Both the position numbers and the translations under genes were made by a program. Below are positions 11,345 to 23,554 of a DNA stretch of 64,000 bases, in pieces (the stretch's first letter is position 1; each line of letters starts with the position of its first letter). This DNA is from Hypanus sabinus (taxonomy: Eukaryota), in NCBI RefSeq assembly GCF_030144855.1, contig NC_082707.1, positions 13,702,001 to 13,766,000 on the forward strand. Direction: 5' to 3'. Under the pieces are notes generated by a model that was not told the DNA's origin, searched no databases, and worked only from the letters and a program-made list of their open reading frames with translations.

Positions 11345-13200
11345 CGTCCATCGAATCAGCTGTTGTTGGAAGCTCGTACTTGGAGCCCGGTCGGGAAGAG
11401 ATCCTGAAGTTGATTTGTCGCAGTGAAGATCCCAACGAACCTCAGGTATGTTGAGTTGGCGGGTCTGTTGAATTGATGTGATGTGCTTGAGGTCAGTATA
11501 GATCAGGAAGGGCTCAATACTTCCCATCAGCCAGTACTTCCAGCCAGTACTGTTGTATAGCGGCGTTGTGTAGAGTTGAACTTGCTGAGAGGAATATCTA
11601 AGCGTATGTCTTCCCGTCCGGTCCATCCTGGGAAAACATCGCCCCGGAGCTCGAGTCAGATGGGACCAACCCTACCACAAAATATCGGGAGGGATTCCGA
11701 TGAAGGAAAATAGAAACGTTGCGAAAGCGTTTTGTTGAACTCATCGAAAACGTGGTCCGTGGCAGCAGACTAAATTATCCGTAGGAGCTTGACGGTTGGA
11801 GAGAAGAGAGTAGCGGCGAATTGCCTGTAGTTTTGGATAAATCGTCGGAAGAATTTGGTGATACCCAAAAGGCACTGTAGCTGTTTGAGGGAGCATTTTC
11901 GCGGCGGTGGCACGCCCTTTCTCTCGGTCCATGATTCTGCTTGGGGTGAAATGGTGTAATCCAGGAAGGAAATAACTGGAGCGTGGAACGGGCAGTTTTG
12001 AAACTTGCAGCAGAGTTGGTTTTCGAGGAGACTGAACCACCGTGACAGGCATGGTCTTGGGGAACCTTAGAGAAGATGATAATATCGAGGTGAACGAACC
12101 ATACCTGTGAAGTATGTCTCGAAGAATCTCGTTATTGAAGCATTGGAAAACGGTCAAAACTTCATGCACGTGTATTCGGAGTGACCGATGGGTGTTCCAC
12201 TGATCCCACTGGCGGAAGTGTATCAAGTTATCCGGACACCATAGATCCATTTTAGTAAAGTTCTGGGCCCACCCGAATGCTTCCAATGCGCCACCTATCG
12301 CGGGAGACGGTAGCGATTCGTAAGGGGGAATTGTTGATACCATGGTAATCACTACAGTGTCGACGACTCCCACATTGTTTTAAACAAAGAATCCTGCATC
12401 GGTTGGGTACTCTGGTGGTGGAATGAAGCCAAGCTGTAGTTTTTCAACAATGTAGACACTCATGGTTTGCGTCTTGGGAGGGGAGACAGAGAACAGACAT
12501 TGTCAGAGAGTGATGGTGCGTGGGAAGACGTCGGTCGCGAAGCTTTGTAGATTGTGAGGCGGCAAAATGCTGTGGGCGATTGGTAAGAACGAAGGTCTCC
12601 ACCGATTTACTGCGTAAGCTGAACTCCGATTGTAGGATGGTGGTGTGGCAGGTAGATCCTCAACTCAGCAGTAATTCGGATGACCAGCTGAAGTGAGAGT
12701 CCCGCGTGGAGAGCCAGAGCTAATTCAAGCTGAGAACAGTGAGTCGTTCTGGAGGAGGAGGACGGAGTAGCGGTGTTCTACGTCACTCCGGTGCATAGAT
12801 CATGAGTGATGGACGTCCCGCAATGGTAGTGATGTAGAAGTGGGTGAGAGACATGCTCAGAAATGCATACTGACTGCTGAGAGCGCTTAGGATGCAGAGA
12901 AAGAGAGGCGGGATATAATGGTAAAAAGAAATGCCAGGAGAGGTTAGCAGATAGAAGAGCCTCCGCTCTGCCTCGTGGCACCGTTCCCTGGACGGAGTGA
13001 CGTTTGATACGTTGATGGCCGGCAACTCCACAGTAGGTGCAAAAGTTGATTTCTACCGGGGATTGCGCTCTAGGGCGTTGAAAAACCTCTCCTTGGCCGC
13101 CCGGGTTCCGGAGGCGTAGCTGTGTGGTGTTCTGCAGCCTGACATTGTTCTGGAACTCAACTCAGAATCTGACAAACGATCTAGAAGATCGTACCATAAG
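11345..13200 (-). mobile_element. Gypsy chromovirus-like gag/PR/RT/RNaseH, degenerate
   Basis: RT-like AQNFTKMDLW...IHFRQWDQWNT and CFNNEILRDIL; RNaseH-like WKYWLMGSIEPFLIYTDLKH. Confidence 0.75.
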
Positions 13201-13234
13201 ATGCTTCTGAATACGGAGGACCAGATTGATGAGG

Positions 13235-15600
13235 CTTTTGAAGTTGGGCAGAGGGTATTGGGAGAGTTTGCGCATGAATCACAAAAGTTTGGTCTGGCGG
13301 TGCAGGAGGCTATCAAGAAGGCGAATGGAATGTTGGCTTTCATTGCTAGACGGATTGAATTTAAGAGAAGGAGTACAGGGTACAGTACAGGAGTACTGGT
13401 GAGGCCGCACCCAGAGTACTGCATGCAGAACTGGTCTCTTTACTTACGAAAGGATATACTGGCTTTAGAAGCGGTGCAGAAGGTTTTCTCCAGGTAGATT
13501 ACAGAGAGGAGAGCGTTAGATTATGAGGTGAGATTGAGTCGCCTGGGACTGTACTGGCTGGACTTCAGAAGAATCAGAGGATATCTTATAGAAACATATA
13601 GAATTATGAAAAGGACAATTAGAAAAAAATGGGAACGCGAGCAGAGAGTTAAATGCGCATTTTGAGGAATGTGGGAAGGTATGGTGAGCTCCAGCGTCCC
13701 AGACAACTACACCAGCAAGAGGTGCATCTACCTGCAGCTTTATTTGGTAAACTGAAGGATTGATTAACAGGCGATACCGGGAGTAGTTTAGACACAACTT
13801 GCGCGCAAGAAAGTGGCTGGCCATCAAAAAGGAGAGAGGGGATATTGAGTTACTGGTGCATAACCCTATAACTGTACTGATCTACAATTTTTTTTTCAAT
13901 TCGGTATACCGAATTGTATACATTTGGGAGGATTGGCCTTGACACCGTGTTCGAGTCTCTGGCATTGAGTCTCCCTCTATTACTCGGAAGGTAAAGAAGA
14001 GCCAAGCTCCATTAACAAGGGTTTTAACAGTTAGTAAAACAGAAAGGAGGTGCCGTAGACGGAATCAAGATGCCCAGATTGTCCGTTGCTTTCCGGATGC
14101 CAAGGTAAGAAACGGCTCGGTTCGGAGCCATAGTATTCTTAAGTGGGATGGTGAGCAGCCAGGTATCTTGATCCGTGTCGGTCCCAATGACACGGGTAGG
14201 AAAGGTGACAAGGTCCTGCAAACAGAGTTCAGATAGTACAGTTTAACACTTGAATAAGGAAATAGTGCAGGGACAGGGCGTCAAATTTATGGACATTGGG
14301 CTGTCTTCCAGAGAAGGTGGGTCTTCTACAGATGGAGCGGTATTACCAGAACTAAAGGGAGACTAATATCCGAGAAGGAGGGATTGCTAATCCTGTATAG
14401 GGGCGTTTACAGAAGAAAACGGGAATAGGAACCAAAGTACCGAAGCAAATAGTAGGGGAAAGCTCTTTGTAAGCCAGGAATGGAATGACAGACGTGATGG
14501 AGCGGGAGAGATTAAAGGAGAAGGGGTGGCATAACTATTCTTGGAACATGCCATACAGCATAGACTGCAGAGCTCCTCTACTGAGGCCATCTGTGTGAAA
14601 CTGAAAAATACGAAAGGGATCATCCAATACAACAGGATTTGAAGGAAAAAAATTGGAAAAAAATGGAAAGAGTTCGCACACTCTTGCATGAAACATAATG
14701 CTGTCATAACTCTCCACATTGACTGGGAGTCCAATACTGCAGAAATCTGGATGGAATAGAGTTTCTCAATTGTATTCAGGAATGGTTTCATAATTAATAC
14801 AAAATAGATCCCAACTCGAGAGTGTATAATACATCATGTCGTATTCGGGAATAGCATAGGACAGATGTCAGAGGTTTGTGTAGGGGTAAAATTTCAATCT
14901 AATGACCTTAATTCTATTAGTCTCAAGATAATTAAGGAGAAGGGTAGGGCTGGTCCTCGGTTGGAGTTTCTAAATTGGAGAAAAGTCGATTTTGATTATG
15001 ATAGAAAGTTTCTGACAAGCGTGGATTAAGGAGAAGTTGTCTTCTCTCAAACTTATGCTTGGTAACTGGGAGGCCTTCAAAAAGTTTTTCTTACATATTA
15101 TAGATATCATAGTGTATCTTTCTATCAAAGGCAAGAGTAACACGTTTATGGAGTCTTGTTTGCGAGGGATAATGAGGCTCTGCTTAGAAAGAAGAATGAG
15201 GCGCATTGCAGATGAGCAACTTGAGGAATAAGAAATAAACAGAACATTTAAGATGGAAATCATGAGTGCTAAAAGAAGGCTGCAAGTCGCTATACTAGAC
15301 ACGGTGAAGGATACTCCAAAGGGCTTCTGCAGATATATTAACAACAAAAGGACCGCATTGGTCCCCTTGAAGATCAGAATCCTTATCAATGGATGGAACC
15401 GTAAGAGATGAGGGAGGCTTCAAACACTTTTTTTCTGTTTTGCTTTGGTATTTGTTGAGATACGTCCCCCAATCTAATGAAGTCAAGTTAAATAGCAGTG
15501 GGATCATGGACAATAAACGGAAAACTGAGGAGGAGGTATTCGCACTCCAGCGACAAATTAAGGTGGGTAGATATTCAGGATTTGACAATGTCAGGCATCG
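13235..15600 (+). mobile_element. Old CR1 fragments (3' piece, then ORF1 and endonuclease region)
   Basis: IKKANGMLAFIARRIEFK...LVRPHPEYC (13201-13497), then decayed ORF1/EN homology to the 1518-3690 copy. Confidence 0.7.
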
Positions 15601-15659
15601 CTTCAGGGTAGAGAGTTGTCAATGTTTCGGGATCTCTTGTAGGATGTTAGGGATAAATT

Positions 15660-17647
15660 TATCCCGATGAGTAAGATAAAGAACAGTAGGGTGAAGGAAC
15701 CATGGGTGACAAGTGAGGTGAAAATCTAGTCAGATGGAAGAAGGCAACATACGTCAGGTTTAGGAAGCAAGGATCAGATGAATCTATTGAGGAATATAGG
15801 GTAGCAAGAAATGAGCTTAAGAAGGGGCTGAGCAGAGCAAGAAGGGGGCATGAGAAGGCCTTGGCGAGAAGGGTGAAGGAAAACCCCAAGGCATTCCTCA
15901 ATTATGTGAAGAACAAAAGGTTGGCAGAAGTGAAGATACGACCGATTAGAGATAAAGGTGGGTAGATGTGCATGGAGGCTGTGGAAGTGAGCGAGGTCCT
16001 CAATGAATACTTCGCTTCGATATTCTTGATGATGAGGAGGACAATATGAGTGAGGTTGATGTTCTGGAGCATGTTGATATTAAGGGCGAAGAGGTGTTGA
16101 AGTTATTAAAATACATTAGGACGGATAAGTCCCCGGGGGCTGACGGAATATTCCCAAGGCCTCTCCACGAGGCGAGGGAACAGATTGCTGAGCCTCTGGC
16201 TAGGATCTTTATGTCCTTGGTGTCCACGGAAATGGTACCGGAGGATTGGAGGGAGGCCTTGTTCAAAAAAGGTAGTAGGGATAGTCCGGGTGATTATAGA
16301 TCAGTGAGCCTTACGTCTGTGGTGGGAAAACTGTTAGAAAAGATACTTAGAGATAGAATCTATGGGCATTCAGAGAATCCTGGTCTGATCATGGACAGTC
16401 AACATGGCTTTGTGAAGGGCAGATCGTGTCTAACCAGCCTGATAGAGTTCTTTGAGGAGGTGACCAGGCATATAGATGAGTGTAGTGCAGTGGATGTGAT
16501 CTACATGGATTTTAGTAAGGCATTTGACAAGGTACCACACGGTAGGCTTATTCAGAAAGTCAGAAAGCATGGGATACAGGGAAGTTTGGCCAGGCGGATT
16601 CAGAATTGGCTTGCTGCAGAAAGCAGAGGGTCGTGGTGGAGGGAGTACATTCGGATTGTAGGGTTGTGACTAGTGGTGTCCCACGAGGATCGGTTCTGGG
16701 ACCTCTACTTTTCGTGATTTTTATTAATGACCGGATGTGGGGGTAGAAGGGTGGGTTGGCAAGCTTGCAGACGTCACAAACGTTGGTGGTGTTGTGGATA
16801 GTGTTGAGGATTGTCGAAGATTGCAGAGAGACATTGATAGGATGCAGAAATGGGCTGAGAAGTGGCAGATGAAGTTCAACCCAGAGAAGTGTGAGGTGGT
16901 ACACTTTGGAAGGACAAACTTCAAGGTAGAGTACAAAGTAAATGGCAGGATACATGGGAGTGTGGAGGAGCAGAGGGATCTGGGGGTACATGTCCACAGA
17001 TCCCTGAAAGTTGCCTCATTGGTAGATAGCGTAGTTAAGAAAGCTTATGGACTGTTAGCTTTGATAAGTCGAAGGATAGTGTTTAAGAGTGGCGGGGTAA
17101 TGATGCAGCTCTATAAAACTCTGGTTAGGTCACACTTGGAGTATTGTGTCCAGTTCTGGTCACCTCCCTATAGGAAGGATGTCGATGCATTGGAAAGAGT
17201 ACAGAGGAGATTTACCAGTATGCTGCCTGGTTGAGAGAATATGCATTATGATCAGAGATTTTGGGAGCTAGGTCTTTACTCTGTGGAGCGAAGGAGGATG
17301 AGAGGAGACATGATACAGGTTTACAAGGTATTAAGAGGAATCGATAGAGTGGACAGCCAGTGCCTCTTCCCTAGGGCACCACTGTTCAATACAGGAGGAC
17401 ATGGTTTATGGTAAGGGGTGGAAAGTACAAGGGGTATATTAGTTTTTTTACTCAGAGAGTAGTTGCTGCGTGAAATGCACTGTCTGAGTCAGAGGTGGAG
17501 GCAGATACACTAGTGAAATTTAGTAGACAGGTATATGGAGGAATTTAAGGTGGGGGGCTATATGGGAGGCAGGATTTAAGGGTCGGAACAATATTGCGGG
17601 CCGAAGGGCCTGTAATGTTCTTTATTGTTCTATGTTCTATGTTCTAT
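15660..17647 (+). mobile_element. CR1 LINE, ORF2 RT region to 3' tail
   Basis: SQHGFVKGRSCLTSLIEFFEEVT...[34 protein letters not shown], (ttctatg)n tail. Frameshifted. Confidence 0.92.
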
Positions 17648-17649
17648 TT

Positions 17650-18850
17650 CCATCGAGACGAAGAGGACTATATTTAGCCACAGAGTAGAGTATCTTTGGA
17701 AGTCATTGAAACAGACGGCTATGTCGTCCAAGTAATTGAATGCGTTTAAAGTAGAGTTTGATAGGTTCCTGTGTAGTCAAGGTGCCACATGGTACTTGGT
17801 GAAAGCAGGAGAGGTGCTGTTGGTTTGGAGGTTAAGTAATGTTGCTCTATTGTTTAAGAAAGGTTCTAAGAATAACTACAGAAATTCTAGATCAGTGAGT
17901 CCGGCATCAGTAATGCCTAAGCCATTGGAAAGTATTCCAACGTATCGTATTTGGATGAACAGAAACTGATTCGGGATAGTCAAGACTGCACCGTAGTTCG
18001 TGCCTAACCTATTGTATAGATTTTTTCGAGGACGTTACCAGGAAAGTTGATGAAAGCCAAACAGTACATGTTGTCTACATTGAATTCAGTAAAGCTTTAA
18101 GAAGGTCTTGCATGGAAGTTTTGTGAAGTAAGCTCAGTCGTTAGACATTCAGGGTACAGTGATAAATTGGATTAGACATTGGCCTCGAGGTAGAAGCCAG
18201 AGAGTGGCAGTGAATGGTTGCTTCTCTGACTGTAGTGGTGTGCCGCCGGGATCGGTGCTGGGTTCGCTTTTGTTTGCCACCCATACCAAGAATTTGGATG
18301 ATAATGTAGTAAATTGTATCATCTAGTTTGCGGATGACACCACGTCTGGGGAGAAAGTGAACGATGAGGAAAGTTATCAAAGTTTGAAACAGAGTCTGCC
18401 GCAGGTAGAAAAGTGAGTTGCAATGTGCCACATGGAATTTAATGCAAGCAAGTTTGAAATGCTGTACTTTGGGAGGACAAACCATGGTACAACTTACATG
18501 TTGAGTAGTAGGGCACTGATGAGTAGAGTAGAACAGGGGGATCCGGTAATGCAGATCGACAACTCATTGAAAGTGGCGTTACAGTTGGACAGGGTCATAA
18601 AGAGAGCTTTTACCTCATTGGCCTTCCCGATTTAAAGTATTGCAGTGCATTAAAGTGAATTACAGAAGCGTGAGAGAGGAGCAGGCCAAGGTCAATTGGA
18701 AGGGAACCTATCTGGAAGGACGTCAGAACAGCAATGACTGGAGTTTCTGGAAGCAATTCGGAAGGCTCGGGATAGATACATTCGAAAGTTAATGAAATAT
18801 TCTAAAGGAAGGAGAGGCAATCCTAACTGCCAAGGTAACTTTTAAAAAGC
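17650..18850 (+). mobile_element. Mosaic of older CR1 fragments
   Basis: NVALLFKKGSKNNYRN and MEFNASKFEMLYFGRTN motifs. Confidence 0.7.
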
Positions 18851-18957
18851 TTAAAAATTCAACTGAACAAAGACTAGTTACAGTCAATACTAATGTTACT
18901 ATCGATCCTGACATCAATAACATAAACATACAAATTTAAACATTCACCCATCAATCG

Positions 18958-18963
18958 TTTATT
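18958..18963 (-). terminator. Candidate polyadenylation signal (AATAAA) of gene A
   Basis: About 170 nt downstream of the stop codon. A homologous tttattgatt occurs downstream of gene B at 40577. Confidence 0.5.
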
Positions 18964-19132
18964 GATTACATACAGTTGGGTGACTCTCGGGATTAAAATA
19001 AATGTTTCCAAACTAAATGAGGAACTAATATTAAACCATTTAATGCAGCCTGACAAGTGACCGGCTTTTCGATGTTCCATGTCAGCTCCCGGAAAATTGA
19101 ACAAGATAATGCTCAAATTGTAAAGTATCAGC

Positions 19133-20034
19133 TCATCCCACTTTACCCATAATGTGCTTCTTTGTATTTTTCTCCGGAGTGATTACGATAATAAAACACT
19201 TCGGAGCAAAAATGCAAAGCAGCAAACCAAAACTGGACGTCAGGATGGCAAACACTTCAACCGCCACCGTGTATTTCCCAGGAGAGCTCACAGAGGCCGG
19301 AATAAAAGTGACCCAAACAGCACAAAAGATGAGCATGCTGAACGTTATACATTTTGCCTCGTTAAAGTTATCTGGCAATTTCCGTGCGAGAAAGGCCAAG
19401 ACAAAGCAAATGCACGATAACACGGCGATATAACCTGACGCCGAGTAGAAAGCTGCAGAAGATCCTGTATCACATTCTAAAATTATCGTTTCCCGGTAAT
19501 ATTTAGTGTTGATCACAGGGTAAGGGGGCTCAGTGAGCAGCCAAAGCACACATATTAAACCCTGCACGGACGACAGGAGGAAGACACTTAACCTCTGCTG
19601 TCTTTGACCAAACCATTTCATCCTGTTACTGCTGGGATGCGTTGCCTTAAATGCCGTCAGCACCAGAATGGTTTTGACCAGAACACACGAGATACATAGG
19701 ACAAACGAGACGCCAAACGCCGTGCGGCGTAACATACAGGACCAGTCTGCCGGTTTGCCAATGAATGAGACCGAGCACAAGAAACAGCAGCTTAACGCAA
19801 ATAAAAGGAGGAAGCTCAGCTCGGAATTATTCGCTTTAACCAAGGGGGTCTCTCGATGTTTAAAGAAGAGAACTGCTGCCAGTGCAGACATGCACACTCC
19901 AAGCAGAGCAAGAACTACCAGCACCGTACCCAGGATATCGGTAAAAGCCAGAAACTCCGTTTTCTTTGGGATGCATTTATTTTTTTGATCGTTGGACCAG
20001 AACAGGCGAGGACACTTGATGCAGTCTGTAGAGT
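19133..20034 (-). CDS. V2R/OlfC receptor gene A, exon 6 (end of Cys-rich domain plus 7TM)
   Basis: Acceptor ttgcgtAG|AC, 902 nt open to [48 protein letters not shown] and FAPKC are class C/V2R motifs. Confidence 0.95.
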
Positions 20035-20138
20035 CTACGCAAACAAGAAAAAAATGTGATCATTGTTGAGGAAGACGCTTCAAGAGTCTCTCAAGGTAAT
20101 TGGCAGAAACCAGGATACAGTACTGTACTTCCGCTCAC

Positions 20139-20262
20139 CTGTGCTGTTATTAATTTCTCCTTCCGCACAGGGCGTGCAATCAAAACAACAGATTGGTTGT
20201 CCTTGCCTGGCGGTTTTTCTTGTTCCAGGCGGACATCTTTCAGAACAGACTGCTCGGGGAAT
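20139..20262 (-). CDS. V2R gene A, exon 5 (Cys-rich NCD3G domain)
   Basis: 124 nt [41 protein letters not shown]. Acceptor ttaAG, donor GTGAGC. Confidence 0.93.
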
Positions 20263-20639
20263 CTTAAAGGAATAAATGCAGACATTATTTAATTATCTGC
20301 ATTTCGCATGAGTCCATTGCCGTCCAGCTGTGTGGAAATATTGTGAGACCTAATTACTTTGACAAATACAAATTATTTGGAACTTAACTGCTTGTCAGTG
20401 CCCATAATCTAGTATTCATTGAACGGTTTTAATTTTCTGTTCTCGAACTTCCACGATAAAATTGTTTTAAAAATGCCCACTCTCCCTCTCGCTCGTTTGG
20501 AAAGTTCTGAATGCGACCTCTATAGCTACCAGCGAGGCTTACACTGAAATGGTTAAATAAAACATCACGTCCTCGGGCGCTCAGAAGTAAACAAAAAGAA
20601 ATGCTGAAATTTGCGGAGACAAACTGAGCAAAAGAAGCT

Positions 20640-21230
20640 TCGGTTTACTTTCACTTTACCGAAGCTTTCTTCTTTTTTGCAAGAGCCGCGAGTTAATGTT
20701 GCAGTTCTCTAAAATTCTGGATAGATCATACATGAAACAGTGTGTTTAGTTCGATTCTCCTCATTATAAGAAGTCTATAGAAGCTTTAGAGAGGACTCAA
20801 AGGACATTTACCAGGATACTGTCTGGATTAGAGAACATGATTTATGAGGAAAGTTGAACCATCTGCGTTCTTTTCTCTTTGGAGCAAGGAATGAGGTATA
20901 TACTGTAAGGAGTGTGCAGCCACCCCCATTTCCCAGCGCCGCAAAAACTAATACCAGAGAACAACTTTAGCTGAATGGAGGAAACAATAGGGAGATATCA
21001 GAGGAGCTTTTTTTTTTGCATGGAGAATTGTAAGTTCCTGGAAAGCACTGCTGGGAGCATGGGCAGAGGCTGATACATTGCAGACAATGAAAAGATTCTT
21101 AGATAGGCACATTGATTAAATGAAAATGGAGGGTTATAGGCTCTGTGGCAGATTTAGATTGATATTGGAATACGTTAGAAAATCGGAACAACATCATGGA
21201 CCCCTCCTGTGCTGTATCTTCTATGCTCTA
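20640..21230 (+). mobile_element. Old CR1 3' fragment in gene A intron 4 (shared with gene B 44770-45320)
   Basis: Decayed CR1 ORF2 end, with the same start context (gtttactttcactt) in gene B intron 4. Confidence 0.65.
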
Positions 21231-21856
21231 AATGGAGGAAATGTTAATATCACCATTATTCAGATTTGAATTGCCTCTAGCAGGTTAAACCTCTTCGATA
21301 AGTAATGAAAACCATTCATGGTGTGTTGACTACTTGTGGGCTGTTCTTATTCCAACCTCTATGCAAGGACCTGATGCTATTGGGCGACATGCTGCTGCAA
21401 CTTTCCTTCCATTTTCTTCAGCACCGAAAACTCCATGAAAACTTCATAACTTTTGGCAATTTAATTTTTTTCTGAAAACATGTCAGAAGTATTTAAGACA
21501 TAAAGAGTGAGAGGAAACATGTCAGTGCCGCTGTCCCCAATCTGTTCCTCTCGGGGTTCCTGCAACAAAGTGTTGTAATTGCAGCTCAAATTTCTGCCCA
21601 CAGCCAGTTGTTCGCAGACCACTGGCTGTAAAGGAAAACAGAAAAACCTAGAAAAAAAATCTTGTACTCTTCACCACTGTTTCTTTTTTCATTTTTAAAT
21701 TCCGTCTGTAATGTGAGTTACTACTTCTTGCAAGCTTCTTATGGAGCTTAAAATTGCTTTAAAAGGTTTCCAAATCCAGTTAATGCCTTATAGTTCCGCT
21801 AAGGCTAAAGGTAGTCTCTAATAATAATTTACATAACCTATGTGCTAACTGGGTTT

Positions 21857-22392
21857 TTAAGATGTATGAGGTATCCAGATAGGAAGATAGCTCTGTTAAA
21901 GGGACTTGTTGTATCCATTCCAAGGCAGCTCGCTAACCTTCAGGCCCCATCGGACACACAGCTCCACCTGTAGCTCGAAGTATCTGTGTACATGAGTTAG
22001 CGACCACACCCTCGTACACCATTTCGACAGATGGGCTAAACCACTTGAGGGTAGTCTGCAGCCTCATACCCCGGTGAAATAGGTTCATGGCTGTCCTGTC
22101 CTGTGAATTCAGGGGCGGTGGTCTGGGCCTATATGATTTGCAGTGAGATCCAACGGCCAGGAAGGCAGTACTGCAACCCTCCGTGGAGTGCGAAGGGCAT
22201 GGATGACAAGATACAGAAGATCTCTTCATCATCCACGAAAGCGAAGGAAAACGCTTGTAAATGACGCGTGTTCGTATCACTGCACTCCAAAGTTTGAGAT
22301 CGAGAGATTGGAACTGCCCCAGTTCGAAGTATTTTCCACTTTAAAAACTCCCGCACAAATTTCCTATCATCAACTGACACGATAGATAATCA
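21857..22392 (-). other. 536-bp insertion of unknown origin flanked by the 12-bp direct repeat CTAACTGGGTTT
   Basis: Repeat at 21845-21856 and 22393-22404. The paralogous site in gene B intron 4 (about 46110) has one copy and no insert. Confidence 0.7.
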
Positions 22393-22556
22393 CTAACTGG
22401 GTTTATATCGTCTCCCAGCCATTGTTTACAGTTTCCCTGAATCCCCAAAATCGATTTTTTTATATTTTGCGTGTACTATTAGTTATAATTTTGCACTTCT
22501 TTAAAGTGGTTAATTATCATTAAACAAATTTACCCACTTTCATTTGGCGACCATAC

Positions 22557-22784
22557 CTCACGTTTACCACCATTCCAGAAAATCTGATGTGCGTTCAGCA
22601 CAACTTCTTTACCCGGAGGCGCTGATCCGTTGTAATGTCCAACTCTCCGAAATTTAGTTGCACCCTTCGCATTCATTTGCCAATTTACAAAGTCATACGC
22701 GGCTGCTGGATTGCCTTTATGGTCAAAATAGACCTTTTCCCCGACTTTTGTTCTGAAGTAAATTGATGTCACGTAATGGTGGAG
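22557..22784 (-). CDS. V2R gene A, exon 4
   Basis: 228 nt LHHYVTSIYFRTKVGEKVYFDHKGNPAAAYDFVNWQ...IFWNGGKRE. ttttAG acceptor, GTATGG donor. Confidence 0.93.
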
Positions 22785-23554
22785 CTAAAATACAAGGTGC
22801 AGTGTTATTTTCCTTCAAGAATTTATTGCCTAATTAAACATATCTCTAACGGGAAATGACCAGTTTGTCACTGCTTAAAGTGATAGAGTAATGCAGCACT
22901 GACAAAGCGCTTTCGGCTCAAAAGGTACATGCTAACCAGCGTATAAACTCTGTTCGTCCCAATTCCCTGCGCTCGACCCATATTCCTCCAGCATGCCTCA
23001 TCAGTGTGACTACCCAAAAGCCTCTAAATTTTGCAATGATGCCCGACTCAGCTACCTCCTCAAGCAACTCATTCCAAGTATTCACTGCCTTCTGTGCAAA
23101 GCGGGTGTCTCTCAAGTCGCTTTTTATTTCTTGTCTTTTATTTAGTATCTGTGCCTTCTAGACTGCCGCGACCTTGAGAAAGGACAAAAGCATTCCAGCC
23201 TACCCATACCCTTCATCTGCTTATCTACCGACTCCAGCTTTACAGTCTGCTTTTAACGGTCTGACCGAAGCTGTACAGAATACACCGAGTGAGGCCTTAT
23301 AAGAGCAAAATAGTGTCCCTACTCCTAAACTCTCTCCGATTAGTAAAGGCTAGCGTACTAAACAGCTCCATCATCACCCTGTACAATTCCCCGACCACTA
23401 TCATAAAACTGTGCTTTTCTATGGGATGGTCTCCCTCTGTTCCAGAACACTGGTCGGTGCCCTGACATTCATTGTATAAGTACAACGTTGGTCTGAATAT
23501 CTAAATTGCAGCAGCTACATTAAAAGGCATCTTAAAACGCAATCAGCTCCCTAC

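Noticed and set aside
16046-17234. Active autonomous retrotransposon
   Set aside because: The RT is split by frameshifts, the FADD-type motif is degraded (LADVT) and the element is 5'-truncated.
19152-19988. Plus-strand ORFs overlapping V2R exons (also 23787-24041, 41367-42342, 48943-49314)
   Set aside because: Antisense shadows of the real minus-strand coding exons. Their similarity between paralogs simply follows the sense gene.
21900-22240. Specific bornavirus nucleoprotein identity for the intron 4 insert (ALEWIQQVP vs AIDWINGQP, EEIFCI vs LEISSI)
   Set aside because: Only short recalled motif resemblances with inconsistent spacing, not enough to name a virus without a search.
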